Shown: piece by piece, positions 37,161-53,400 of the stretch
How positions within the stretch are numbered: the stretch's first letter is position 1
Layout of the letters: the number at the start of each line of letters is the position of its first letter
Assembly: GCF_006345805.1 (NCBI RefSeq)
Contig: NC_043002.1
Coordinates: 120,280,001 to 120,344,000, forward strand
DNA from: Octopus sinensis
Taxonomy: Eukaryota
Direction of reading: 5' to 3'
DNA: 64,000 bases
Program-made: the position numbers and the translations under genes
Notes under the pieces: generated by a model
Told to the model about the DNA's origin: nothing
The model's database searches: none
What the model saw: only the letters and a program-made list of their open reading frames with translations

Positions 37161-39449
37161 AATTTATCTGTCTCTCTATCTTAATACCTCGTAACCTCTA
37201 TTAGATTACCTTCAAGTGCTTTAGATAGAAGTAACATATCCTTTACTATTGTTAGATTCTAATCACATGCGTTAGTGATCGAATATGGTTCAATTTAGAC
37301 TGAATATAGGGAAAGAGATTTAGCTCTGCAAGAGATTTCCAACATCTGCTAACACCGATTGTACTTACAAATATAGACTGAAACACATACATATATACTG
37401 ATCTATGTACAAACACAAAGTATACACACATCCACAAATACACACACATAGACAATTAAATCCATACCCACAAAACAGAGTTTGTAAGAGAGATAGTTTT
37501 AGCATGTGTAAAGCCATTTGTAAAATGTAGTGCCTAGTTTTGTTTTGTTTATTTTTTGTGGTTGCTTATAGTATTTATATTATAGTAAAGTCCAACAAAT
37601 CTTATCGTGAAGTACCTTCATCCAACATATTAGCGAAAAAAGAAGAGATTTTCTTTTCAGATCAACAAAATTCTTCTGCTTCTGTTTACATGGCTTCTAA
37701 TCTTTTATGCACTGTTAATACCCTTTTTGCTGCTGACACATTTTAGATATACGCACAAAGGAACTTAAACATTAATCTACTACAAAGTTGTTCTCTCTTC
37801 ATCTCTTATTTTAATACTACAATGAACTGTAATACATAGAACTCGCTGACACTAAAGATATTACACTGGTCCCTACTCTAGGGAACATGTTTGCACTATT
37901 ATGCATTCTTCGAAATCCACTTCACATATTTCATAGATCTTCTTTAGATCATCTTTAGGAAAACATTTTAACAGTTATTTCAAAATTTATTTTCCACTTA
38001 AAACCCTTTTCAATTCTTTCTAATCCATCATTTGTCTCTTCGATACCTAATCTTCGAAGTTTAAATCGAAATATTTAAAGCAAGTATTTCATTCTTCAAA
38101 CGTTTTGGATCCATCCTTGAAGTTGTGATTGACAAATTGGAAATATTGTTTGTAAGGCATATCTTTTGGGACATATCGTATTAAAACTACAATTGTTAAT
38201 AAGTCTTATCAAAAACAAATCAATAAGGCTGTAAATTTAATATCCAAATAACTAAAACATTGATAAAATTAAATTAGACGTCATATATTCATACACATCA
38301 TATTGATACCAAAATTGGAAATAATTTTTCGAATTTAAAATTCCCAAGTATTAAAGCCACTGCTTAATAGAAAATAAAAGATAATCAACAATATAATTGT
38401 TTGTAATAGCACAACTGTTTTAGTGATTACGATTGAGCTGATTGATGTTCTAATATGAAATACAATATATAATATAATATTTTGCATTACATTTCCAGCA
38501 CTACCTATTTAATTAGGATTATTTACAAAGATATAAAATATACTATACATTAATTGAATTAATTCTGTAAATAAAATCACATGTTTATCACTATCGTTAT
38601 ACCATATTTCAGTGTTAATCCTGAGATATGAGGAGTGATTGGTTCAACAGTCAGAGAGACTTTTGATTTCGAGTCTAGGGAGTAACAAACATAGTCTCAG
38701 TGTCAAAGCGATATTGGACTGCAGTATACACAATTTAACTACCATGTGGTACGTAACTTTAAACTTTAACTTATAATTTTTTTTTACTTCTACTAGAGCC
38801 AAATTAAGACCAGAATGGTTGTAGAGTTTGTTATGGTACCTTATTTTCTGGCTTCTGTCCTTAAAACATGGTGCATGGAAGATTGGCTTTGCATAGTGAA
38901 GATATTGCCACTTTCCGTGCCAATGACAAATTACAGGTTCTTCATTGTACCACTATTACCAATAGCACTGGCCTAACTTGAAGGAAAGTTGCTTCAGATT
39001 TGATGTCGGTGATTGCTATCTAATTCTTTACCAATTAAACAAAACTTATCCATGCGAAGATTAAATGACTATGCTTTGAGAGAATAAACTGCCTGAGACT
39101 AAGCGCAAGACAACATTTTCTCGTCACAGCAATTTGATGTCAATTTTATAAATGGTGTCGCTTGTATAAAGGCTACTGTATTATTTTAACATTATCTTGC
39201 TTGCATAAACACTCCTCTTCTACTGATGTACGCGAACCTTTTTCGGTCAATAATGTTGTTGCAATTATGTTTCAGAGGGATTTTATCTGACGAGTATATC
39301 TATCCTTCTCCAGACACGAAAAGTCCCTTAATTTTCCTCTTTCTTGAAGAGATGTTCTACAATGTTGATATACTGCACTAAATAATCTATTTACTGCTTG
39401 TTTTAATGCACACAATTAATCATCGTTCTCACACTGTACCCACACTAAC

Positions 39450-40400
39450 ACAGACTACACCAGTTAGTATGCTAACCTATTCTTTTATCTAAACTTTCTT
39501 CAACGTTTCCTCTCCTTCACATTCAGCACTGTCTCAGAAGCCATCAAATCATCTGACCACGATATAATCAAAGCAGTATATCTCACATTATCCAAAGTTA
39601 AGCAGCGAAATCCTCTCGTACTTCAATTTACATTAGTGGTTAAATTTCTGACTATCCTTAGCTCCAGTCTATCCTTCACATCTAATCCTGATTTCCACAA
39701 CGCAGTTAATATGTGACCACTGCCATCATCCTCTATGATTTTTCATATCACTAATACGACCAAAGCATATGTGCCTAAAACCATCTGCTTTACGTACCTA
39801 GATGTATTGCAGACGCACCTCAACGTCCGCTAGATGATTGTGAGGAAAATCAAGGATTTCATGGAGCATCGCACTACATGAAAGCATTCTAGTTTCATAA
39901 CTTTTAGCAGCGCATTATGTTTTCTTCTTAAAAGTGTGTCTGTAAGTTTTCTTTCAACCTACCACTCTTCAGTCAACCCAGCTACGATAATCTTTTACAT
40001 TTATGAAAAGGTCGCTTCCAACTCAACACAAATCTCTGAAATGAAATTAATTTCCAACTGTTCTCACTTCATCACAAATAAATGCATTGCATTTACCTCC
40101 ACAATAATCTCCTCTATACAATTTATGTCTATCAGCTCCCTCCATTAAATTTAGCCGTGCAATTCAAAGTCGTCTGCCCTCTTTACCAACACTGTTGGAT
40201 ATTTCATTCTATCCTGGAATTATCCATTTCAGTCAGAAAATCATAAACAGTGATCCCCAAACCCAGAAACACTAGATTTGTATAAAGCTATATTCTAACT
40301 ACTTGTTGCTGTCACTTCCAACATCTTAAATGTGACAGAGCCGTAAGTAAGCCATCTACAAAACTTCCAGCTTCTCCGTCTTACTTCTCAGTGACATGTA
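39450..40400 (-). mobile_element. possible very old RTE-type LINE remnant
   Basis: Only scattered minus-strand motifs (ASETVLNVKERKR resembling GSETWxLxxxxxxRL); no long ORF. Confidence 0.35.
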
Positions 40401-40435
40401 ATCATTGTAGGACACAGTAGCGTCCCACAAATATA

Positions 40436-40638
40436 CTCTCTTTTACTTGTTTCAGTCATTTGACTGCGCCCAAAGTGGAGCACCGCCTTTGGGCGAGCAA
40501 ATGGACCCCAGGACTTATTCTTTTGTAGGCCTAGTATTTATTTTGTCAGTCTCTTTTGCCAACCCACTAAGTTACGAGGACGGAAAGACACCAGCATCGT
40601 TTGTCAACCGATGTTGGGGGGACAAAAACACACACACG

Positions 40639-40698
<60 letters not shown>

Positions 40699-40930
40699 CA
40701 AGCATATATATATATATATATATAATATATATATATATATGTATGTATGTATGTATATATATACATATATACGATGGGCTTCTTTCAGTTTCCGTCTACC
40801 AAATCCACTCACAAGGCTTTAGTCGGGCCGAAGCTATAGTAGAAGACACTTGCCCAAGGTGCCACGCAGTGGAACAGAACCCGGAATCATGTGGTTGGTA
40901 AGGAAGCTACTTACCACACACCCACTCCTA
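40436..40930 (-). mobile_element. SINE family A copy
   Basis: reverse complement of family A with expanded internal CA/TA repeats. Confidence 0.9.
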
Positions 40931-42539
40931 TATATATATATATATTACACACGTGCACCAAGGTGCACACTCATATACATGCACACGCACATACACACAC
41001 ATGCCCGCACACATACACACACACACACATATATATATAATATCTTGCTTAAGCATAGCGAGACTAATTACCTGGTGTAGAATTCAATATACGTATGGTA
41101 TATGTTATATACCAATGTTATAGGAGTGTAGTTTGGTAATAGAAACCAAGAGATGACAAAGGAAAACCGAATGTTAAGTAATGAACTCCATCTTCCAGCC
41201 ATTCCATCACGGAAGTGCTATCTTATTAAATCCTTCCCTACTCATAGTTTACTCTATGGAGATTTAGTTATAGCTTTTCAAACCCAACATAAACCCAGTG
41301 ATGACACCTTTCTGAAGTTACCTACTTAACTGATGGTTACTCCCCAACTGTCATCCATTAACGACTCCGGTAAATATTAATTATGTAAATTAAATAGTAA
41401 TGATGTTTTGCATAAGAGTAAATAAATGATTTTCATGAGGTTCCTCTTAGCTTCGACCATTTAAGCTAATCATTTTTCATCTTCCGAAGAGCTGAGAATT
41501 TAATAATAAAGACAAAAGCCTTTGTTGTAGATCTTTGTGTGTAGTAAGGCACCATCTACAGAATACAAAATACACTTGTTAAAATGATTCCATACATATT
41601 TCTCAACAGGGAATTTTCTGCAAAATGAAATCCCAGAGAAGTACCATTGTCGTTGTCCGAGAAAGAAGAGAATGCGAATTTCCGATATTTAGGCTTTCCT
41701 TCGAGATATTAACAAAATAAATGAAGTAAATAGATACGAACGATGCATGAATACGAAATTGTAGCTCCGCCTTGAGTTTCGAATTTTTTCAGCTCTACAG
41801 TGCTGTCTGTATGAAGGAAGAATAACACGAAAGAATAATGCTTGTTGAATAAGCAGAGGTCAATGTTTATAATGAAAAAACTATTGTCGACAAAATTGAC
41901 CTCAAGTTATACTGATGGTTAGTATTACTAACGTATATACCCACGCCAATATATAGTTTATTAGACGTTTGACTTTTCAGGCTATGTACATAAAACTTAT
42001 GAGGTCAAATCCCGCTGAAGTTCATTTAATGTTTCATCCATCATGAAATGTGGAAATGCTAAATAACATTTTCCTCTCTTATGATATTTGTTTATTGCAT
42101 AGAGACCGTGACATGCTTTCAATTCACAGTTGAAAACAATTACCGTAACGTATCCTGCATATTGCTGTGACCGTGTGTCTAATGTCCATTGTGGCGGTAG
42201 GTTCTCATGTGAAACGAATCTGGGTTGATTTTTTAAATCTTACTATTAACCATTGAATCATGTCATTTTAGTGATTAATGCTTTGAACCAAACATTAACA
42301 TGCTACATTTATATTTCATATATACGTAGCACGATATTATTCCAATAATTATTTTAGTTTTTGCAGTTCTTTTAAAATTAAATTATTGATGATATTGATG
42401 ATGATGATTAGTATCTCTTTTTTCATGATCAGATTGGTCTTTCTGGACATCACAAGGTAGGTCCGTTTATTGTTGTGTACCCTCCCTTCTGTTCCATCAT
42501 TATGATTTATTTTATCACTATTGTTATTACTATTGTCAG

Positions 42540-42615
<76 letters not shown>

Positions 42616-44059
42616 TAATTATTTATTTTTCGTTACTATACAATGCCGCTGTAATGGGCCATTCGCTTTCTCTAAATTAAATACAGCACTCTTCACGAAC
42701 ACTAGTCGTAGAAACTTAGAAACACATGAACGGTTAGAGGTGCAACTGTCTATAGATCAGCGAAGGGTACCAACATTATCAATTGGATGATTAATAAACG
42801 CTACTAGCCTACATCCAGTAACTCACTGCTTTTGAACTCTAGGGATTTCTAGTGGTCTTTGTTTCTTATACACCATATATATGTTCCACATTTGCATCAG
42901 CAGCCTGCAACTGGAACTAATTGGGACTTTTCAGAAAACGCTTATTTTGTGGTGGGAAATTTATTTTCATCTTGAATATTGTACACATGTAAACCTTTTT
43001 CTTCCTATCCTACTCCTTCCTTGTTTTATCCTGAAATGTCACCTTATTAACACATATATACATTTGCATAAGTATATAAATATTTATGTACAGTATATCT
43101 ATATATATATATCTATATGCATGATACTTATATGTATATTATTTACAATCTCATATTTATTACATATATGTAATACATAAGAAATCTCAAACATTTGACC
43201 CCTATAAGCAAATGACCTGTCTAGGTTTTCAGCAAGAAATTGCAAAACACTCACCTGTCGTCTACGACGAATGAGTTCCCTTTTTTATAAAAAGACAAAC
43301 ATATATAGGTACATAAAAATTGTAAATTTTATTAATGTAAAATGTATAATTTGTGTATTAATATATATGTATTACCGGTTATAATGTATATATGTGTTTA
43401 TATGCAATACCTGTCTACATTTTAATCCAGTGTGTGTTGTTAATATTGTTGTTGTTGTTGTTACCCCGATTGCAAAGAAAGAAGAGAAAATAACTCGGAA
43501 GCAAAAATAAATCAAATCAACATTGTAAATTAGTGGGAAATATTTTTTTAAAGTTAATATTTTTGTATAAAAAGAATTTGTAAAAACCACATTGTATGCA
43601 TGCGCTTCTGTAGGAATATCATAAATTATTGCTTATACAAGTATATTTGAATAGAGAACAAATAAAAAGCAGTTTCGTATATATCTGTTTGAAAGACTTC
43701 GATGGAGGAACTAAAAAATCAGTGCCCCGAATAAATTTGAATGGTAAACTAGGGGAAAAAAAACCTTCTTCCAATTAGGGAAGGAACCTTCTTCCAATTT
43801 GGTTTAGGACTACAAATTTCAAGGAGGAGGATTTGTAGATGACTAGATTGGTTCAACAAATTGTCTGAAGACGTAGAAAGAAAATGATTGAAATACGCAG
43901 TTGATAATTCTTGGTAGTCAACACTCTCTTGATTATCATTAAATAAATGGCATATATGTAATTATAATACTCACACTCACATATCTTTATATATATATAT
44001 ATACACAAATGTAAATGTATACAAACATATATATATATATATATATAATATATATATAT

Positions 44060-44090
<31 letters not shown>

Positions 44091-46112
44091 GTATATATAT
44101 ATAATATATATATATATATGTTTGAATACATTTACATTTGTATATATATATATATATATATGTTTGTATACATTTACATTTGTATATATACACATATATA
44201 TATATATATATATACATATATACATATATATACATATATACATGCATTCATACATATATATATATATAAATACATACATGCACACACACATATATGTGTG
44301 TGTATGTATGTATGTACGTATGTTTTATATATATATATATATGTGTGTGTGTGCATGTATGTATGTATGTATGTTACTTAATATAATAGTTCTTACAATA
44401 ACATAGGATCGGGATATATGTTTTCTAAAAGGCTTTCTGATGTTTGAACATTGTGAGACGTCAATGATTTGCTTCGAGACTTTTTCTCTTCCTTCTCTTT
44501 ATTCTTTGTCTTCCATCAATGGTCCAGGTGACATTTGCTTCGTACAAACGTACGCAACTTAGCGTTTTCTGTGATGTGTTTATCTCCTACCGTTTACATG
44601 TAAAGGAAGAGTGTCTATTAGAAGCCAGATAACCTGATTCCTCTCTTTGATTTCCATCGATAACGAACATTAATGTACTATTTGGTATGTCCATAACTAC
44701 GCAGATACATTTACACAATGATAAGTGAAAATCTGGTAAAAAAAAGATAAATTTGATATGGAATGTTTTCATCTCAAACGGCCTACATTTGGACATTTGG
44801 ACAACTTTTTATATTACTTTTCAGCTCAATTCTTTTTGTAAAACGGCATAGATCGATAATCAAAACATAGCGTTTCCCTATAAATGAGTTATCTTTTTTA
44901 AGTATCATCAGTATTGGGTAAAGGCTAATGCTTGTATATACTATAGGATTAATTCATAATCATAAAAGCAACGCTTACTGACACTAAGATTATAGTGATA
45001 TTATTATTAGTAGTAGTAGTAATAGTAGTAGTAGTAGTAATAGTAATAATATAAAGTAGAGATAACTGTAATACATTCATACAAAGAATACCTAAACGGC
45101 CGGTTCATTAACTTAAACCACATTGTCGAAAGTATATGTTCACAAAAATACATAAATACATAATTGCTACATCTCTATTGCTCTGAAATGCTATAATCTA
45201 ACGTTTGCCAACAGATGTTCCTCATATTCAAACAATTTGATTTCTTGTTTAGCATCACTATAATATCTCAGATAATTTCTTGGTAATATGGATGCGTTGC
45301 ATAACCTTAGACTCATAGGAAAATAGAAGCGAGATTATGTAACTTTAATATCTTGCGTCTGTACTACAGCTATCTTTTCAGTCTTTTATTAAAAACGTTT
45401 TGTCGAAATATTTGATCCTTGCAAATAATTGCTAACTTCAGCTATCATCATAAAATGTCTGTTTATTTCTTGTATTTCTTTCACAAATTAAGAAGATAAC
45501 TTATTTACTAAAATGTATAATAATAGTGACTATGACAGCTGCAGCGGTTTCTTATATATCTCCACGAGTCCTTTATTATGTCTTCCTTCCTTCCTTCCTT
45601 TCTTTCTTTCTTCCTTTATTTATTTCTTTTTACTCGATCACTCATATACATTACTTTCTGAAGACTCTCCTGTCCACATTATTCTCCTGATTGCTGAATG
45701 TGTTTCATCATAAATTTAGTGGTATATACTCAGGAATAGAGGTGCAATTATAGTTTCTACTGCTTGGAACTGTTCTTGATTTTGCTGACCAGGTCGGTCC
45801 TTCATTTTCCTCCTCCTCTCACGAAAACACAACGTAATAAGCATATAAAGTATTGCTTCTAAATTACTATCAAGAGTAGACCGTTCTCTCGCTCCTCTTT
45901 AGCTATGCTAGTGTTGACAGAATATAATTTTATTATTTTTAACAATATTTTAAGCTATACTTATGTCTGGATCCCTTAGATATTTCCCCAACAGTTATAC
46001 TGCTTGAATACTTCACTTGACGGAAATGGACATTTTTCTGTTAATTTATATGAAGAATTCAGGAGTCATTCATAGCGTCCTAAGAGCTATGTTTAAAGAT
46101 AAAACACTTATA

Positions 46113-46520
46113 GGCGCAGGAGTGGCTGTGTGGTAAGTAGCTTGCTAACCAACCACATGGTTCTGGGTTCAGTCCCACTGCGTGGCATCTTGGGCAAGTG
46201 TCTTCTGCTATAGCCCCGGGCCGACCAATGCCTTGTGAGTGGATTTGGTAGACGGAAACTGAAAGAAGCCTGTCGTATATATGTATATATATATGTATGT
46301 GTGTGTGTGTGTTTGTGTGTCTGTGTTTGTCCCCCTAGCATTGCTTGACCACCGATGCTGGTGTGTTTACGTCCCCGTCACTTAGCGGTTCGGCAAAAGA
46401 ACCGATAGAATAAGTACTGGGCTTACAAAGAATAAGTCCCGGGGTCGATTTGCTCGACTAAAGGCGGTGCTCCAGCATGGCCGCAGTCAAATGACTGAAA
46501 CAAGTAAAAGAGTAAAGAGT
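46113..46520 (+). mobile_element. SINE family A, full length, young subfamily
   Basis: ggcgcaggagtggctgtgtggtaag...; near-identical to 25149-25569. Confidence 0.95.
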
Positions 46521-49500
46521 TATTACAAAACATATTTTGAGCAAAAGATAAACAGAAAATTCACCTTGTCACAAAAGTGATACAAATACAGTAAAATGCA
46601 TAAGACAAGTAATAAACTTTAGATTTCGCATGGAATATTGAATGTTATTAAAATACAATTCTAGTGGCTATATAGTTGCACAAATAGAAACGTCAATCTC
46701 CCACTGATTATTTCTATTAGGTTATTGGTTGTTAATCTGCATTTTCTTTTGGTTTATAGCCGATAGATTTATTTCACATGTTGATTGCCATCATATAACG
46801 TATATAACATTTTAGCTCTTATATCCACACATAATATTTTAGCTCCCATGACGATCAGGATTTTCCATTCGTTGAATATAACTATTTATATTTCAAATAA
46901 TGACCAAGAAAATAAATAACAAAATAATGGAGAAAATATTACTTGTTATAAGATCAGATATACGAGATTAGGTAAATGCAGTTGAGAATTAACGATAATA
47001 GTATTAGTTCTCTGAAGTATAATGAAGTTGTTTAACACTAGGTCATCTTTTATGGATAGTCTTGTTTTCAAAGACACTCCGAGGACATCTCACCTTTTAT
47101 TTTCAGATATAGTATATTTAATGCTCTATCCTTTTCTATGACAACAGAGTATAATTTGAGAGCCATTTTGGTACCATATTTATCAGGCTAAGCAACCACG
47201 TTTTTCCGAATGTCCACTGCACTGGTGACTTTTGTGAAAATTAAGCAAAAGAGTAAGCCAAAACAAAATTTTTGCTAGCCATGGTATTCCTCATATACAG
47301 CGTCATAATCTTCAATAAGATATGTTCAACTATAAGCAAACATATATTTGTAATATTGGAGTGCTAGATTAGAAGAATTTTGTAAGGTGCATAATCCGGC
47401 TGGCGTCAGAACTTGTCTTACTTCAGATACATCTACTACTACTGCCATCTTCTACTTTATATGTTAGGCCTTTTTCTCCATAATAAAATGATCTATTGCG
47501 CCTGATTATATTTTTCTAAGTAAATACATACTAATCAATATAAGCTAGCACTTTCTAAACAGCTCCCGAGAAATACATATCAGTAGTATTTACCATAACC
47601 TCAGACAATTCAGTTCAAGCTATAGCTAAAACGTGCAAAGCAACTACAAGCATCACAGATTATTGCAGCGGTATGTTTGTCCAAACAGCTTTTTTCATAA
47701 ATATCCCTAAAATATCAGTATAAACAGTTTCAATGTGCATGGCCGTGCTATATTAATATTTGCGCAAGTATTAATGCATGATCCTGTCAATCTGAAGTGT
47801 ACGTAAACTTCCTCCGCTTGACCTGTAACACTTCCATTGATTTCTTTATGTCTCTTTATCAACAATATCATAACATATATGTATGAATGTTTTTAAATGA
47901 AAATTAGGTAATATATTACGCTGATGTTCACAGTACATGTTTGAGATAAGCGTAAGTATGCACAAATGAATTATTTTTTACTTAAACAGATGAACTCAAA
48001 TGAACTTGATTTTATTTTTGCAAATAAATACATATTTTATATAACATATTTTGATACATATATTTGCATGTGTAAATGCAAATATAAGTATGCTTTCATT
48101 TTCAGTCTTTCTTCTCTCTCTATCTTTATTTCGATCTGTACCTAAGTGTGTGTGTGAAGTAGTGTATGTGTGTTTGTGGGTGTGGGGGTGTGGAGTCCGT
48201 GGGAGTACATCGAAATTTTTTTGTCATATATATATATATAATTTTATTTAAATTTTATTTGAAGGAAATGCTGTTCAGTATTCTAAAATTCACTCTAAAA
48301 TTTCTATTACACTTCTGATACTTTTTTAAGATTTGGATAATGGAAATCTGAAAATATTTAAACCTTCGGAGATGTTCATATTGTAGCTACATCGAACATA
48401 TTATTTTAAAGTCATATGCAATTCTAACACAGAATATTGTGCAAACCTGCCTGAGAGCGACAAAATGCATTACATCTCGAACTTCGAGTTAGTCTTTCAT
48501 AGTTTGTTCAACGTTAACAGTCTCTATATCATTTAAATTCTTTCTTACATATGCTTAAAAGTTTCTTTTTTTTTTAATTTATCAAAAATGGTAGTTTAAA
48601 ATAGTTTTATTCTGATATGATTTATTATGCAAAGCATGCACTTTTTCTTGTTTGGATAGAATGTCGCTGAAGAATGCAGAAAACTTTTATTTTTATTTTT
48701 TACAAATGAAGAGTCGAGCAGATTAAGTAAAGAACTACAAAGCACTATTGAATGTGGTTAACAATTATGTAAATGAATGAGAGAACAGTTCAACATCCCA
48801 CCAAGTGGTTCTTTTCTTAAACAAAAATGACAAGATGAATAATTTTGTTGAACGTGAGTACATCGTACATACAAATGATGCAGATTCATTCGTGCAATGT
48901 GCGGGCAAATAAAGGAGTGAAAACAAAAGCATTCAAAAATGGCCACAAAAATATCTCTGGAGATTCGTTGTGTGTTTTCTCATAATAATTTCATGGAAAT
49001 AAGTTTTTTTGTTTGCTTTTTCTTAGGCTAAGTGTATTTACAGAATTAGAATTCCTCACGTTTACATACTTATGTATTTAGTGACAACAAAAGCGGGTCT
49101 ATGAAGAGTAGTGAATATTTAACTTAGAAACTGAATAATAATAAAGAACTGATAAAAAGAAAAGTATAAGTTTTATATACTGATTTCACGTTCAAATTTC
49201 AACCTTGTACTCAAATTGACACTTTGCAGGTACAAAGCCTAGATAAATATATGTTTATTTCGCACCTTGTGGGTAATAAAGAAATTTAAGTATAATATAT
49301 GTTTATATCTTGTTGAATTACAATAGTTCCGTTATCCAACCTACATGGGCATTATCTGAAGCTTACAGATGCCAACCTTCAACAAGTGGTAACATCGTAA
49401 AGATTATCTGAATACACATATAGCAAAGTGCATACTGTATAAAAATGGTGCCTCTATATAGAGGAATAATAGTGATTAATAGCAATAATACAGGAAAGGA

Positions 49501-49841
49501 ATGAGATTACACCTGTTTATAAGACTTTGTTGAGAAGGTAGTGGAGAAGAGTATTGTGTTAAGCCAAGCAGAGAATTCATTTCATCAACTTGCTAGAGTT
49601 AGTACTGCAGCCTCCTTCATCAAATCCTATTAGCATAAAAGGTGAAATACTAATCTAAAATACAAGGAGTGGGTATTTATGTTTAGAGTGCCATTGATCG
49701 TAGGTCTGTTTAATCAGAATTGAACTACGGCTAAATCAAAAAAGTATAGACTTTTTAATTTATTATAAATATTGCATTCTCTATTTATAAAGTGAATGGT
49801 TAACAACGAAGTAACGCCAACACACATTTAAATACACACAC

Positions 49842-49954
<113 letters not shown>

Positions 49955-49997
49955 TATATATATATGCAGAAATATATATATATATGTGTGTATATAT

Positions 49998-50031
<34 letters not shown>

Positions 50032-50038
50032 ATATATA

Positions 50039-50069
<31 letters not shown>

Positions 50070-50129
50070 ATATATGTATATTTCTATGTATGTATATATG
50101 TATACATATATACATACATACATATATAT

Positions 50130-50345
50130 TCAAAATGTGACCGCGTGTGTACCGTTGGCGATTTTTTTTCCTCCGTCTTCCCTTCTCTGGATCTTTCCTT
50201 TTCCTATGTTTCTGACGAAGAGCTCCGCTCGAAACGTAAAACCCTCCTCCTTCCCTTCCATCCTGAGCGTCCAATAATACTATATTTGTTCCACGTCCTC
50301 GCGTTGTTGTGTTTTCTCTTGGTGTTTTCATGTTTGGAGTAACTA
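50130..50345 (+). mobile_element. Penelope-type terminal repeat with hammerhead-like motif at 50208-50242
   Basis: GUUU-CUGACGA-A-GAGC[UCC]GCUC-GAAA-CG-UA-AAAC; flanked on both sides by (TA)n. Confidence 0.65.
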
Positions 50346-50439
50346 TATATATATAAATGTGTGTGCGTGTGTGTGTGTGTATGTATGTATATGAATATAT
50401 ATATGTATCTATGTATATATGTATACATATATATATTTG

Positions 50440-53400
50440 AATTTGCCAAACACAAATGTAAAAAATTAAAGTCTATGCCCCTCACAGCCTACACACGAAA
50501 CCCCAAAATATGCCACTATTCACTACGCAAGAGGCTGTGCACTGACACTGATTGCAAATTCACTCATTTATCAGGGACTAGACGTTCAGTTCCTACTCAC
50601 AACAGCCGCTACCAGCAAAGTGCACAATCTAAAACAACGCCACCACCGCCACTACCCTTACCAAATACTAAATCAAATTTGAAAAAAAACACTCATGTTA
50701 CACGGAACCCTACAGTCTGCTGCTATTCCCAGCGTAACAAATTATGTCTACAGCATAATTGTCCGTTTCCCATTTCCCGGAGACTCGCCGCACAAATAAA
50801 AATAACAAATACAAAACCCACAACCACAAACTTTTGCCGTTCTTCAGAATATGTTTTTAGCTATAATGAATCTAGCAAAAGAGCTACAAAAGAACATTCT
50901 AGCCATCACACAATACCACCCCACCACCAACCTATTGCACAAACTCCCATTGCTGCTATTAACAAGCGAATCACCTAAACATTCGAAATCAGCCATCACC
51001 ATCGCCTCAACATTTTTGCTCACTGCACAAGGCATTCGCCCTTCTACTAATTCCCAAAAATTGAAGATCCAATTTATTGAGGACTGGGTTAATAACCATC
51101 CACACCATATCTCTTTTTCCTCCTGACAGAGACCCAACTCAATAACCTCCACTTGGAAGCTGAGGTAAGAGTGAATAATTTTACAGCCATTCGTGCAGAT
51201 CGTGTCGACAGAAGAAAGTGTGGAACCGCCATTTTCGTGCCCGATTCTTTTTCGGCTGAAGCAATGGCCGAATTTACCAATGGCTGCTGTGAAGCAGCTT
51301 CTAGTAAAACCAACAATTTATTAGTAGTCGGTCTCCATAGGCCACCCCTAACTCCTTTACTACGCTTCAAGGATGCTTCAACCGTAATAAGTGTTTCGTC
51401 CATCAACGTCATGCTGACAACATATTAATAATGGGGGAGTTCAACCTTCCCAATGTTGATTGGTCCACAAACTGCTTGAGACCAGGATTTTCCACCTCAA
51501 CCCCTGATAAGAAAGCAATTCCATTGCTTTTTCATTTCATGGATGAGTTTTTTTCTGACCCAACTTATTCGTGAGCCAACAAGGTGTCACAAAGACACCT
51601 TGGACCTAGTGTTCAGTAACCACACTGACACTATCCTCAATATTGTTATGGAAAAAGCACCACTACTCTCGGACCATGACATGGTTCTCTGCGATCTGAG
51701 ATTCTACTACCCAAAGGTCAAATTCAGTGACATCTCTCCAGTTCATCCATTTGACACTATGGATCTTCATAACGCAAACTGGGATGCGATCAATCACGAT
51801 CTTTCACAAATTGATTGGGCCTTAACGCACACACCACCACCACCACCAACATAAATACACCGTAGCAGACATTTGTAGATACTGTAACAAATATATGCGC
51901 AAAACATACTCCATTAATACAGATCTAAGTACAGAATCCCTAGAAATAGAAGAGCAATTATCAGAAAAATAAAAAGGATTTATAAGAAAATGATCGAACT
52001 TAATTACTGCCAGCAGCAACGCACGCATTCGATTGCCATTGCATCACTGGAATCGAAAAACACGACCTCCAAAAAAGCATAATGTTCATCATTAACAGAC
52101 AAAGAGTGGCTGGGGAGAGCTGGGCCATTGCGAAACTAAAACTCAATCCCAAACTTTTCTTTTCGTTTGCAAAAGAAACATAAAGACGTTGTTTCGATTG
52201 TTGGTCCTCTGGTTGATGAGAACAACACTCTACATGATGATGCAAAATCCTTGTGCGAAATACTGCAGAGACAATACTGCTCTGTCTTCAGTAAGGCTAA
52301 TCTGGCTAGTATCAGTGATTTAAACTCTCAACTAACGATATCTGACATAACTTTTGGTGCTCCTGATATCCCAGCAGAAATAAATAAGATCAAGTACAAC
52401 TCGGCAGTAGGTCGCTATAAGTTCCCGGCCACTGTCCTGAAGATGTGTCGGACATCAAATTGCACCCCACTAGCTGAGCTCTGGAGAAACTCACTTGATG
52501 CAGGCTCCATTCCTGATCATTTTCTTTCCCAGTCCGTCCTTCCAATCTTCAAAAACGGAAACAAATCTCTTGCATTGAACTACCGTCCGATTTCACTCAC
52601 TTCTCATATCATTAAAGTATTTGAGAAGGAGGTAAGATCACGAATAACTTACTTCCTCGAAGACAACAAACTGCTGAATCCCCACCGGCTTCTGCACCAT
52701 TTTGGTGACATCTTAAAAGCTTTAGGAGAAGGTTCCAACATAGACGTGATATACCTTGATTTAAGCAAGGCATTTGACAGAATGGACCACAAAATCCTGC
52801 TGAAGAAACTGTCCAACATTGGAGTCCGTGGAAAGCTGCTGCAGTGGATAAAGTGTTTCCTGACGAACAGAACCCAACATGTTGTGTTTGATCCAAAGTC
52901 AGTACCGGTGTCCCACAAGGTACTGTGTTGGGCCCACTCGTTTTCACTATTTACATCAATGATATAGAAGATGTCATCAAACATTCTACATTGAAAATCT
53001 TTGAGGATGATTCCAAACTCCAGAAAGCAATAAACGGCATGGGAGACCGATCATGCCTTCAGTCAGCTCTGTTTTCCGTTGTGCAATGGGCAGAAAACCC
53101 AATATGCTTCTAAATGAAGATATGTTTGATTCGATCCACTTTGGAAAAGAGGAAACTCTGAAATTACCATATGCTCCACCTTCGGGCGACTCCCTAGTGT
53201 CATCCAACAACACCAGAGCCCTTGTAGTAATTGTTGATAACAATCTAAGATGGAATTCCCACGTAAACAGAAAGGTTGACTTGGCCCGCAAGATGTGCTC
53301 CTGGATTCTGAGAACTTTCTTGTCTAGAGATACCTACACCATCATCCTCCTCTACTCTACATTAACCCGACCCCACCTTGAATACTGTTGCCCACTATGA

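Noticed and set aside
37538-37746. VLFCLFFVVAYSIYIIVK as TM3
   Set aside because: There is no polypyrimidine acceptor, the DNA is T-rich and low-complexity, and it is out of frame with the adjacent TM4-like stretch.
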